A stretch of DNA of 54,710 nucleotides from Ministeria vibrans ATCC 50519 (taxonomy: Eukaryota > Protista > Filasterea): positions 1 to 54,710 of the forward strand of contig CALSCP010002373.1 in assembly GCA_943704425.1 (NCBI GenBank), in the 5' to 3' direction. Position numbers and translations under genes: made by a program. Positions 24,302 through 37,482 of this stretch are shown here, piece by piece. How positions within the stretch are numbered: the stretch's first letter is position 1; every line of letters begins with the position of its first letter. The notes beneath the pieces were generated by a model that worked only from the letters and a program-made list of their open reading frames with translations, searched no databases and had not been told where the DNA came from.

Positions 24302-25078
24302 GTTGTTATTATTCTTCTTTTTTTCCTTTTTTTTCTTTTTTTTTTCTTTTTTCTGTTGACAGCGCAACGTACCGAAACATGGGTTCGGTTGAGCTTGTGA
24401 AGCTTCGTCTTGAGGGCGAGCGTGGTGCTTTCGGCGTCGCTGACGAGGACACGAGAGCGTTCGCACAGTCGACGACCCACCAACACATAGGGATGGCGAA
24501 GAATGTCGGGCACAATGATACGCGCACACTCATTCATGTACTCGACGTCACGCTCCAGTTGTGTCTTGATGCCTTCCACCAGCGTGCAGTCAACAACATT
24601 GCGCTGCAAATCAATAGTAAAATATTATAAATTTTGAGGGTTAGGGTTAGGGTTAGGAATAAAATGTTGATACCGTGGGGACTCGAGAGAGTGGAGCGGT
24701 GGAGGACATGGCCAATTCATTTGAGATACGTGTTGAGGGACGACAGATGAGAAGAACAGGTCGTGCGAGGGTCCCTGAAAAAAAAATGAAAAAAAGAAAA
24801 TGAAAAAAAAGGAGTTGAGTCGGATGCAATAAAGGGAAAAAAACGACTGTCGACCCAAACGACACACAGTGGACAATAATGCGTTGCGTCGCCTGGACAG
24901 GACGCGTGGAAGTAAACATCGAGGGATTCTTACCGATACCCAGGTCAATGAGGGCGCCAACTGTGTCTGCGCAAGCGGTTGTTCCGTTGGGCTTCAGCAG
25001 CGTTTTGCCGTCCAGACTCATCAGATAGCTTTCAGCCACATTGATCCGATACGTGTCCGCCAGCTTCACCATCACATC
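21507..25078 (-). CDS. RB1CC1: ATG11/RB1CC1 (FIP200)-like autophagy scaffold; first exon missing
   Basis: Ubiquitin-like N-terminal piece, ATG17-like helical region, long coiled coil and a C-terminal Claw-like domain (RMVAFP...YAFLHDDA...RAFVHILHYE...KYGV...KIRIATV). Confidence 0.75.
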
Positions 25079-25272
25079 CTAGCACAGAGAGGGGGAGAGA
25101 CAGAGGGAGAGCGAGACAGGGGTTAGTGGGGCGTAGGCAGGAGAGAGAGAGAGCGAGAGAGAGAGAGTGTGTGTGTGTGAAAGATTTCTTGGGGAATTTT
25201 TCCCATATTAATTATTGTCTTGGCCGTAAGAAAAAAAAAAAAAAAAAAAAAAAAAAACAATAATTCTTACTT

Positions 25273-26537
<1,265 letters not shown>

Positions 26538-26890
26538 TGGGAATTTAATAATTATAATTATCTTTATTGTTTAGTTTTGTGGATCTCTGGGCGCTTCATC
26601 TTCTTATAGTTAGCAATACTTAGCATATGGCCAAGGCGTTGTATTACCCCTCAATCCTCATGAATCATGATGTGTTACTTCTTCTTCTTGAGTAAACTTT
26701 TCATTTTTCATTTTAATCATTTTAGTCATAATAATTATTATTTATGATACAAAATGGAAAATCAATGTCTTCTTCTTCTTCAAAAGGTTATATAATTATG
26801 TTCACTGAGAATGATGGACTTGATGGTGTCTCTGTGTCTGACTCAAAAGGGAGTTGAGTAGGATGAAGGTGTACAACTAGTCTTGTTGAA

Positions 26891-28531
26891 CTATTTATCT
26901 TCTTCTTCTTCCGAATCTGTGAGCGACTCGAGAAGAGTGGAGCGTACAGTCACAGGTGCGTGAGTGCGCAAGTCTTGCTGGTGTGAGTGTTGCGTGGAAG
27001 GGGGAGCAATACAAGAGCGACAGGCGACGGCGATAAGAGGCGGGGGAAGGAGCATAAGGAAGAGGGCGAGCCAAATGGCGGAAGGGGCGATGCAGTGCGT
27101 GGTGTCGAGGGGCAGCACGGGGACGGTGCCGTTCACTAATAGTCCTGCTGCTGTTGCCATGGTCTGGTTGGCGTATGAGACAAGTGTGCTGTTCGTGGTG
27201 GAGTTGGCGGTGGTGGAGGAGGAGAAGGGCGGTGGGCAGTAGGCGTCGAGGAGAAGCCCTGAGGCGATGGGTGAGACAAGTGTGTCGAGAAAGAGGGGGA
27301 GGGTGGAGAGAGAGAGAAAGGTGCCCAGGAGAGGTTTGGGAGCAAGGGCGACGACAAGTAGAGTAAAACGGGTAGCACCAATGATTTCGGCGATGGTCAT
27401 GGCGATGAAGAAGGGAACAGACGCGCTTAGAGTGGTGGCGCAGAGAATGAGAGTGGAGCAGGCGTAGAGGGTCGACTGGGCAACGAGCAAAGAAAAGTGG
27501 TCCACGTGGCGGGTAAGTGAGGCAAACAGAGGCACGAGAAAAACGCACATGAGCGGATTGAGGCTGCGGAAGGAGCTCCACAGCACTGAATGGAATTGGC
27601 GCTGAATGTACTTGGGATAGACATTGTTCCGGACGCCTTGCCCAAAAAAGATGGGCGCGCTGAGAAGGAGCGAGAGAACAAGGACTCGGTAGGCATTGGG
27701 CATGCGAATTAGGCGTTTGAGGCCGTGCCAGGTCGACAACAACGACGACGACGACGACGCACTTGTTTGTGTGTCGGCGGACGCGAGCGACTCAAGAGAG
27801 AGTGTTGGCGCACCAATAGAGATGCGGCCCGTCGGGGAGATGTACACGTCGCGCAGGAGAAACGCAAGGAGGACACATGCAAGCGCGGTGGCGGCGCCGA
27901 GCATGTAGCAGACGCGTAGGGCAGAGACGCGCGATGACTGGTGATGCTTGGGATACTGCGCAAGAATGAGCGTTGTGATGTTCTCGCTGGCGAGCAGTCC
28001 GAGGTTGTACGCGGAGTATTGCAGCGCAAAGGCCACAGTGCGGGCACTTTCATTGGGGGTGAAGCGCACTATCGCAATGCGGAAGGCGGCCGACTGAAAG
28101 ATGGCCCGAATCGGCGTAACAACGAGAAGCACAGCCACGAGCAGACGGGAGGAGTGGGTGAACGCCAGGGCGGCACCCAGCACGGCCGCAGCCAATGAGG
28201 CGACACGCAGCGACAGGCGCAGGCCGACAACGTCGACAACGAGGCCGGAGAGAGATGCGGCGCAGACGGCAACGAGTCCGACGACGCCGATGATTTCGCC
28301 GGCTCTCAGGTCGTTGTAGCCGAAGTCGGCGGTGAGGTAGAGCGGCAGGTTGATAGCCGAGAAGGCTTCAAGGGCACTCCAGAGGAGCATGAGCCACAGC
28401 TCTCGCGGAGCGCCGCGCAGAGCGCTCGTCTTGTCATTGTTGTCATTGTTGACAGGGGAGTGCGCTTCCTCCTCCCCAATCTCTCCCATCTCCAACAAGC
28501 GACTACTGTCTTCTTCTTCTTCTATTTCCAT
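26891..28531 (-). CDS. Major facilitator superfamily transporter, single exon
   Basis: 546 aa with about 12 hydrophobic segments and an MFS motif A-like GLVVDVVGLR. Confidence 0.8.
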   Translation of the reverse strand: MEIEEEEDSSRLLEMGEIGEEEAHSPVNNDNNDKTSALRGAPRELWLMLLWSALEAFSAINLPLYLTADFGYNDLRAGEIIGVVGLVAVCAASLSGLVVDVVGLRLSLRVASLAAAVLGAALAFTHSSRLLVAVLLVVTPIRAIFQSAAFRIAIVRFTPNESARTVAFALQYSAYNLGLLASENITTLILAQYPKHHQSSRVSALRVCYMLGAATALACVLLAFLLRDVYISPTGRISIGAPTLSLESLASADTQTSASSSSSLLSTWHGLKRLIRMPNAYRVLVLSLLLSAPIFFGQGVRNNVYPKYIQRQFHSVLWSSFRSLNPLMCVFLVPLFASLTRHVDHFSLLVAQSTLYACSTLILCATTLSASVPFFIAMTIAEIIGATRFTLLVVALAPKPLLGTFLSLSTLPLFLDTLVSPIASGLLLDAYCPPPFSSSTTANSTTNSTLVSYANQTMATAAGLLVNGTVPVLPLDTTHCIAPSAIWLALFLMLLPPPLIAVACRSCIAPPSTQHSHQQDLRTHAPVTVRSTLLESLTDSEEEEDK

Positions 28532-29320
28532 TGCTCATGAGAATTAGATCAAAGGCCGGAGTGTAGGCCAATGCTACGAGAGAATTAACTCGGCTGCCTT
28601 TGGCGAGTGACTTGCAAAAATTGTGGGAAGCCCGAGAAGGCATTCATAATTATGATAATCAATGGGAAGACCTTTCATTATAGATTTTCTTGTGCGATTT
28701 AAGGAAATCAGGCGACGATCGTGGACTTTGTGGAGATGATGGTATGTGACCGCGCCCACCGTGTGGCTTTCCCCAACATTCATCGAGGCGCCAGTAGAGC
28801 CGTCTTGATTGAATTTGCACGGGCTACCATCTGCGCCCTGGCCAGTGACCACCACCCGGTCGTTGGAAGATGATTCGGAGACGTATATAGGTAAGCGACC
28901 GACGTGGCATGGGTAATCGCGTCAAGACGACTGTAGGACACACTAGACGTGAGCTACAACAACAAAGGGGGTTTTAGCTGTTTGTTTACCCGAAAGAAAG
29001 AGGTACGTACTGCTTTGCAAGAGCCGATTTCGTGCTTTACATAGACCGCGCCTCCAGTGCACACATACTCCGCCCGACAACGAACAAAGCCACCACGCGC
29101 AACGGCAAACACTCCCAACATGGCGAGCAGGACCTGGAGCCTTAAATATTGTTGTTAATTACCGTAATACCTTAATAATTAATAAAGAATAGGTGATAGT
29201 CGATAGAGGGCCAGTACAGTCGTCGGTATTTATTTATTTTTATTGGCACGATCAAGGCTCCCGGTATATTAGAAAGCCATTAGCACGAAAAAACAAAGTC
29301 AAGCTACTTCACACTTCATT

Positions 29321-32300
29321 TTATCTTGTCCAGTCTAGATCAGAGACGTCCACCTCAGGAATCTTCCTGCAATGCGATGGTGCAAGAAGAGATGCTTTCG
29401 CACTCTGTTGACTCGGTCGTACATGTATATCCTCTTTGTTCTTGATGCTCTTCCCACTCTGCCTTGCCCCCGTCGTCTTCGTCTTTGTCCCCTTTTTTGG
29501 CCTTGACTTCTCTGCTCCGCGTTTGATCGCTACTGACATCACTGTGTCTACAGAGAGTTTGTTCGTATCCTCGACTGGCTCTGTCTCAACATCCACGAGT
29601 GTCTGAGACACCTTAGAGGGCACAGCAGTACGCGTCGTGCGCCCGCTCGTGCCTGGCTTGTCCGGATGGTCCTCTGTCTTTGCCTGCACCACTCCCTTCT
29701 CGAATTTGCCCTTCTTTGCCTTCTTCTGTTTCTTCTTTTTGCCTGAACTGGTCGTGACCGTCTCGTTCTTCAATACCACAGCCTTCTTCTCACGACGTTT
29801 TGTGTTGCTGCCCTGAACCACACGAGTCGTCACATCCGGCACAGATTGGCCGTTCCCACTCGCCTCCCCCTCCAACACATTCTGTCCACTGGTCTCCTCC
29901 TCCAACAGATTCTGTCCACTGGTCTCCCCCTCCAACACATTCTGTCCACTGGTCTTTTCCTCCAACACACTTTGTCCACTGGTCTCCTCCTCCAACACAT
30001 TCTGTCCACTGGTCTCCTCCTCCAACACATTTTGTCTACTGGTCTCCTCCTCCAACGTATTCTGTCCACTGGTCTCCTCCTCCAACACATTTTGTCCACT
30101 GGTCTCCTCCTCCAACATATTCTGTCCGCTCCCACTCGCCTCTTCCTTCCAGACATGCTCATCCTCATCCCCATCCTCGATCTTCTCCTCGCTCTCACTC
30201 TTCCTTGTCACAACATTGGGCGGCTCAAACGTCAAGGACAGTGCAGCCTCATCGAGCGCCGTAAACTTTTCATGAAATGACTCCGATGTCTTCTTGACTG
30301 CTTCCATCAGATCCCCGTCAATACCGTCCACAATCTTAAACGCGTGGTGGATGGTGCGAAGCACATGGTCAAAATCGTTCAGCAGGCGGTAGGTGTCGCA
30401 ACGTCGAACACCAATGTACTTCATCAAATCTGGCTCAGCCTTGTCGTTGAGAAACCGTAGTGCGTACGCACTCCATTTGCCCTCGTTGGCACGAGTCCAG
30501 TGACGCAAAGTGGGTACCATGACTTCAAAGAGCTCCAACTGGGCACGCGCGTGACACATCAGCTCATGACTATTGCCCGCCTTGAGATCCTCATCTACAC
30601 ACCCGCAAAGTGCATCAAAAGGCACTTGCACTCGTACCTCTGACGGAGTGTCACCCGAGTCATTTCCATTCCGTCCAAATGGCTTAGTCTTTGACAGAGG
30701 AAACTCAAGCAAACTCGACAGTGCTCGACCGGCAATGAACGACAGATCACGCAGAGACACCACCAGCGACGACACAACGTGCTCCGCGTGCTTGTGCACC
30801 TCCTCGACCACTTCATCGCTCAACGGCGGAAGAATTTGGTCCACCTCGTCTCCTTTTGGCTTGCTGTACACCTGACGCTCGCAAAAGAGCCAAGCAATTG
30901 TGCAAAACACACGCTGTTGATACTCTTCCATCGGTTCCAGCTCGAAAATATCAATCACTTGCCCCTCATCTTGTTTTTGTCGTCGACGTCGCTTGAGGGC
31001 TCCTGACTCAACAAGTTTGACGAGCATCAGTCCTCGCGGATGTGCCCACCACAGTCGGTGGATGACTTGGAAGAAGCCCTTCTGCTCGCATCCATCTGTA
31101 AGCACACCCGCTCCATAGAGCCAGTGGGCACTCGTACGAAAGTGACACATTTTCTTCAGCTGTGCAGCTGTGTTCGACTGCCGTTGAGCTTGTTGTCGCC
31201 GACCACCGTGCTCGTCAAGCGTGTTGTGCATTGATAGATTTAACATTCGATCAAGCGCCTTGGCATTCGATTTTGCCTCCTCAATCGTTGAGACGCACCG
31301 CCGAGTTGTGATGTGCAACATGCGTGCCACAGTTGGGGTTGCGCACGGTCCGTTAGGAATCACACGCGGCAGTTGTGCCTTTAGCAGGCGTCGTACAACC
31401 GCACGAGGTACTCCCACAAAAACCACATGCCCGAGAACGTCGTGGCCACGTCGCCCTGCACGTCCCGCCATCTGTCGGAAGTTCATTGGCGTGAGGAAGG
31501 GCGATGTGCCCATAAAGACACACGTGCGAGTTGGCGCGTTGATGCCCAGTGCGAGCGTTGTCGTTGCAAACAAGACGCGCAGTACCCCTTTACGAAAGAG
31601 CGTCTCGACCAACAGACGAAATTTGAGAGGCAATCCCGCATGGTGCACACCCACGCCAACACGCAAGGAGCGCAGCAAATCATAGTCGTCGGATGGTCCA
31701 AAACCAAACGCGCGGCAGTGGTCGTCGACCACCGAGGTGTCGTGCTTGTCGAGCAGGAGTGTGTCGCCCGCGACCGCCAATCCGTCGCTCAGGCGCTTCG
31801 TCCAGCTCGTCAATACACCACGCTCCCAGCCAAAGAGAATCGCAGGCAGTCGCTGTGTGGCGCGTAGTCCTTGAACCACTTCAAAGAGCACCTTGTCGGG
31901 AAAGAGTACACCCGGATCATTCGCGGTGATCAGCTTCGTTTTGGCTTGAGTATGCTCCTTAAACGCAATGGAACTGTACAGCGCCCCATCCAGTGGCTCG
32001 GAGAGCGAATGAAGCAGCTCATTCAGTCCTGCTGACTTGACATCGTTGGCCCAGCTGTTCAACAGCTCCAATAATTCCTTTATGTAGCGATTTGCATCCT
32101 CACGAAAAATGCAGGTCGGATCAGAGAAGTAGCGACCCGGCGCCAAATCCCCTGTCTCCTTCAGCCGGTCTGACAAGTGCTCGGGAATGTCACTTTGCGA
32201 CTTATCCACAAAATCGCGGAGCGCACTGTACAGGATGACGGCATCGACAGGCTCCATGTCAAACGGCGAGCGCAGTTGTAACGTCACTTTCTGGCTCAGG

Positions 32301-34480
32301 CCTCGTCCGTCTTTCTTTACCTGCCGCTCAGCATGGCACAATGGATGCGCGTGCACAAACAGACTGGCGTCATCAAAATCAAGACAGGCATGCTCATGGT
32401 GCGAGGAAAAGATCGACGGGTGATTGTGCACCGCGTGAGTGGACCACGTTTCGTTGCCAATGCGCTCGTGTTTGCTGGGCTGGAAGACCGCGACACGCAA
32501 TTGTGCGTGACGAGTTTTGTATTCAATGAGCTCCACAGGCTTGGGTCGTAGTGTCGAGAGCCAAGTCCGGAGGCACTCAGGGTTGCCCAGGGTCGCTGAA
32601 AGCGCCAAAAAGGGGCATTGCACCAGACGGAAGATCTCCTCAAGACACTGCGAGTAGGCAGCACCGCTCGCACGCTCACCCGAGTCCAAGATGAAGCCAT
32701 TGCCACTCAGCATGTGAACCTCGTCGACAATGAGGAATTTAATGCGCTTGCGCCAGGCACACGCGTCTCCGCCAAGTAGAAGCAAATGCAAGCACTGAGG
32801 GAGGGTGACAAGGTATGCACACTCTTTGAAGCGAATGCGCGTGTCGCGTGTGAAGATACCCCACACAGTCTCACCCAGCCGGTTGTACATCTCAGCAGCA
32901 ATTTGGTTGACAAGTGCCTTTGTCGGTGCAATGTACACGACCACGCCAGGGTCAGCCCGAAGGCCCGTGCACGCCTTCTTGCTATACGCCTGCATGGCCG
33001 AAAAAGACAGATGTGTCTTGCCACTCGACGTGGGTGCACACACTAGAACAGAGTCGTTGCGCTTAACTGCCTCGAGAACCCTGACTTGCCATGGAAAAAG
33101 TGCCTCACCACCTGTGCCAGTGGCACTTCCATCAGATGGCGCTGTTGACGCAGCGCCTTTCCCTTTCTCACTTTGCACTCTTGACGGCGCAACGCCTTTT
33201 CCTTTCTCACGTGGCGCTGTCAACGTTGACGCAGCGCCTTTACTCTTCGCCTTTCCTTTGCGTGGTGACTCGATGAACTCTTCACTCTCTTTGCGGTCGG
33301 TTGCACTGTTGGCACTGCGAGTCAAAGCAACGGATTGCTGCAGTTCGGCGCTGAGGTATCTCAGTTGGAACGAGGCGATACCGTCACAGTACCTGTCAAG
33401 GAGACCATGGGAAACCCACTCACGGAAACGCTCACGGCTCAACTTGGTGAAAAGATTGCAAACAATGCCGCTGGCGGCTGTTGGAGTTTGCGCTCGAGTG
33501 ATGATGATGTGTGACACGACACGGATGAGACGTCGCTTCAAGCTTTCGAAGGCGGCAGCGTCTGATGAAGGCATACGTGCCAAGTCGAGCACTAAACGGA
33601 ACTCTTCACGAATGCGCTCGGGATTGCTACAGACAGAGAGGGACTGTCTCGCCGCAGTAACAGTCAATGACAATGCCAACTCGGCAATTTGCAGATGAGG
33701 CATTTCATGCAGTGAGCACTCCTCCCAAAACCTTTTGGTGCGAGCCAACGCGTTTTCCTCTCGCTTTGCTTTCTCAGCAGAGGTAACGGCACGCTTTGCG
33801 TATTTGGAAAGATCCATCACTGCTTGATGCTTCTCGAGGACAAGGGGTTGCAACTTCACATCATCAAGGGACGTGCGACTTTTGCCAGAATGCCAACTGA
33901 CGTTTTCATCCTGACGCGTGACTGCCATCTCCTCCGCAAAGACGGTGTCTTCGGTGTTCTCGCACCAGCGCTCATCAAGCCGCTGCAGCAGAGTGTCACC
34001 GTCGGCGTGTTGCGACCCATTGGCAACGTCGTCAGTGAGACCGCCTCTGAGATTAGCCCACAAGTCAGTGTTCGCCCATTGGGACGGCAAGGTTAGGGAG
34101 TGCTCTGATGAAAGAGTGTTGTTGTCGGCGCCTGTCTGCGGTGGTGGAGCCAAAGGGCGCCAGTACTCGGGTGCCGCAAGAGCCCATAGCTGATCAGGCT
34201 GATCGGGAGACGGGAAGGCAGCAGTGGCGGTAGTGCTGCTATGAAACGCAATACGCCAGTTGGTGAGTGTGGCACCCTTGACGCGGTCAAAATGAGGAAC
34301 ATCGAGCCATGAGCGGCTCGGCGAGGCACTGGCACGACCAAGAAGATTGCATAAAAGAACCCCATCGAGGCAATTGAGAGGCGAGAAGACACCTGTGGCG
34401 TTTGCAGCAACAAGAGTCTCTGAGAGATGGTCCAGTGCCCGTCGCACAACATCAACACGAAGCAATCGCGCATCGACTAA

Positions 34481-34530
<50 letters not shown>

Positions 34531-36842
34531 TAAAAAATCGGCCTAAATGATAGCCCTTCACCAGCGCAAGACGATCAGTGAACGTGAGACAGTCAAGCAG
34601 AGCAATATGCACGAGACACGCGAGAGAAAAGTCACAAAACTCTTCGGCGCTCATGTACACACAATATCGAGGATTTGACATGGTCGAGAGGGCATGAGCA
34701 ACGACGAGGACAGGGTCTGTCGCGTTGAGAGACCAGTTTGGCGCGGGAAACGTACGGAGTTGAGACGCACAGGTAGACGATGGAATGTGCTGAGTGTGAG
34801 TGCCAAAGCGGACAAGGGAGAAGAACAGATTGGGATCGTTGAGGCGCGCGGCACGGTAGAGCTTCCCGCAAAACTGTTGCGTGTCAAACTGGTCGAGAGA
34901 GGCGACGTCAAGTGAGTAGGCGTTGCACAGGCGCAGGAGCAGAGCCCACGGGTCGTCGTCAACCTGTGCGGGGTTTTCGGATAGATCAGCGACAAAAGTG
35001 AAGTCGGTGGCAAACACACAGTGCACATCGTGGTTGTCCACAAAGTCCCACCACTCGGGATCGGAGCAGAAGGAGAAGAAGGTGTGCGAGTCGAGCGAGA
35101 GATTCTTCTTAGTGGTGAGATTGTCGCGAATGTGGTGCTCCAGCAGATGGCACAGGAGACGAGCAGACTTGTTCGACCTGAGAAGTGCCATGTCGTCGAG
35201 AAGGGGCGGGCAGGACGATGGGTGAACTGGCGCAGTTGTCAACCTGCAGGCATAGAGTTGGTCGTCGAAGAACACGATGTGTACGTTGATGCCACGCTCG
35301 ATGAAGTACGAGAGAAGCAGCTCACAATGAAACGTGAACTGGGCGATGGGAGGAATGCCTACGTTGGGCGAGCGTGAATGCAGGCTGTCAAGCACTGACG
35401 CTACAATAGCCGCACCAAACAGCACAACGGATGTGGAGTGGTCGCAGCCTTGAAGGATGTTGGAGTCCATCGGCTGGTTGACAGAGTGGCTCGTAAGTGC
35501 GACAGAGGAGCCACCGTCGTTTAGATTCAGACGCGCGCACTCCTCAGCCACCCACTTGTGACACGACTCGCGTGTGCGTGACGTCTCGGAGAGCAGCAGT
35601 TCATCGATCAACGGCAATGTGCCTGCACAATCTCGTGCTTTTGCAATCTGCACGAGTGTGTCAAGAGCGTTGGCGTATTTGTCGTGAGACAGCGAATTTG
35701 CACGCTCCCATTTGTCACAGTGGCGATAAAAGTCCAGCAAAAGAGGATGGTCAGTGTCAGGGCAGAGAAGCAACAGCAACGCTACGACGCTGCGAATGGG
35801 AAGCGGCGTTTCGATGACTGGGTTCGTGAAAATGTCTCGATGGCGGTCAATGGAGTAGTGCCGAAGAAGAAAGTGTACAAAGGAAGCGGTCGAGCCGGTG
35901 ATGGTCTTCGTGGTGAAAGGAAGGTAATCGAGTGCAATGGTAATGTTGTTTTCCAATGGGAGTACGTTCTCACGAACGATCTCGTATGGGAAATCGCTAT
36001 CAACGTCGAGAAGTGTCAGTGTGTTTTTCAGTGCCACTGCAGCGAGTTCCTCCGACCAGCGATTCAGTGTCGGACGAATTTCTCTGATTGCCCCTCCAAG
36101 CTAAGAAGAAGATGACAATCAAGGCAAATCGAAATGAATCATAATAAATTATCATAAGAGGGCTTACTTGCAGCCAACGCGTCACGCCGGATTTTTCAGA
36201 GAGGCGAACGCGACGTTGCATCTCTTGCGTGCCCCAACGCAACGGGTCCGAATTGACATTGGCGCATTCTCGTTTGTGGCGGTCGCAAAGGACGTCAATC
36301 TCGGCGATGTATGGGCTGAGGGGGTCGTTGGCGAAGACGGCATTCAATTTTGTGAAATACTTGATCACTGACGTAAAGTGCGGCTCTTGCGGCGGTGGCT
36401 TGCCACACCCAGGGAGCGGCACGTGCGCCTTCGGATTACGTTCGAGCTCTCTGAGTCGTCGAGCCGCCTCTTCCACCACGCTGTGCTTGTCCTTCGCGAG
36501 ATTGGCGCAGCAGAACTCGAGAAAGTTGAGAGCCGCGGCCAAATCCCACGTACTATCCTCTCCTTGGTCCTTGACGAAAAGCCGAGCAAAATTGAACAGC
36601 GCTTGGCCTGTGTACGTGTTAGGTGTGTCGCTGGGGCTGCAAAGGTGGAGCGACATATTGGAAGGGTTGTGGTTCTTGTGAAATCTTTTGAGCTTGAGCT
36701 GCAAAATGGGAGTTGATCCTGGGAGGCTTCGGAGCAGATTGCTCGCGTGGAGATCACTCACAGCTTTGACCGCCCTTTCAATAATGTCATAGAGTTCTTT
36801 ATTCGCCTTCTCATGATACTGTGAGAAGAAAGTATTGGTCAA
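29321..36842 (-). CDS. DDX60: DDX60-like Ski2-family DExD/H RNA helicase, about 2480 aa, two exons (36842-36168, 36100-29321)
   Basis: CAPTSSGKT, VYIAPTKALVNQ, IVDEVH, CPFLALSATLGN, GVGVHHAGL, FATTTLALGINAP and FRQMAGRAGRRGHD; DDX60-like N-terminal segment (LLSYFIERG..HIVFFDD); a phase-0 GT-AG intron joins the two ORFs in frame. Confidence 0.88.
29861..30145 (-). repeat. Coding 30-bp tandem repeat (EEETSGQNVL), about 9 copies, in the helicase tail
   Basis: Unit ctcctcctccaacacattctgtccactggt is directly visible. Confidence 0.95.
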
Positions 36843-37482
36843 TGGTCAGTACTCAGTTTGTTTTTTTTTTTCAGACCGAATCCATTGGGTAAGCGAGTGC
36901 GTGACTGCGTGTCGCGAGATAAGTGTATTGACTATTGAGATTGTCGGAAAGATGGCTCAAATAGTCAAATTGGCTTTAGTCTTGGTTTGGTCGATTGTAG
37001 TGAATGTGGGGGAAAAAGTGTAATAACTCAGTGAGTTGACTGAGTTCAGTCAGACAAAGTCAACGAAAGAGCGAGCAAAAGTGACTACAAAACAGCTTCG
37101 AATCGCTAAATCCGCTATTTAAGCTAGACAAGCGTCAAGAGGGAGCCGACACAGGTTGGGTTACTTTGAAATCCTTGCTAGTTTGGCGTACTCGACCATT
37201 CATCATGATCTCTAATGAAAAGGGAACGTCCCCACCTAACAACGGGCCTTTGTGATTCTCCTCAATCTCTTGCATTGCCCGTCGCTCTTTGCTTCATGCT
37301 TGTCGCTTTGAGTGCGTCTTTGACACGCTTGATAAGTTGATATACGGAAAAGATCAATATGGCTATTTGTTGGGGAGGTGATGTGGCACTTCGAGTGGAG
37401 TTGAAAAAAGTAAACAAACAACAACAAACAAATTCAACTGCCAATCATTCACACACATTTCCTGACTTTATTAATTCTTGTT

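Noticed and set aside
28574-29140. Small secreted-protein gene next to the helicase
   Set aside because: A signal-peptide-like exon is visible, but I could not build a consistent in-frame splice model.
29861-30145. CRISPR-like array
   Set aside because: The units are contiguous with no unique spacers, stay in frame inside a CDS, and no cas genes are present.
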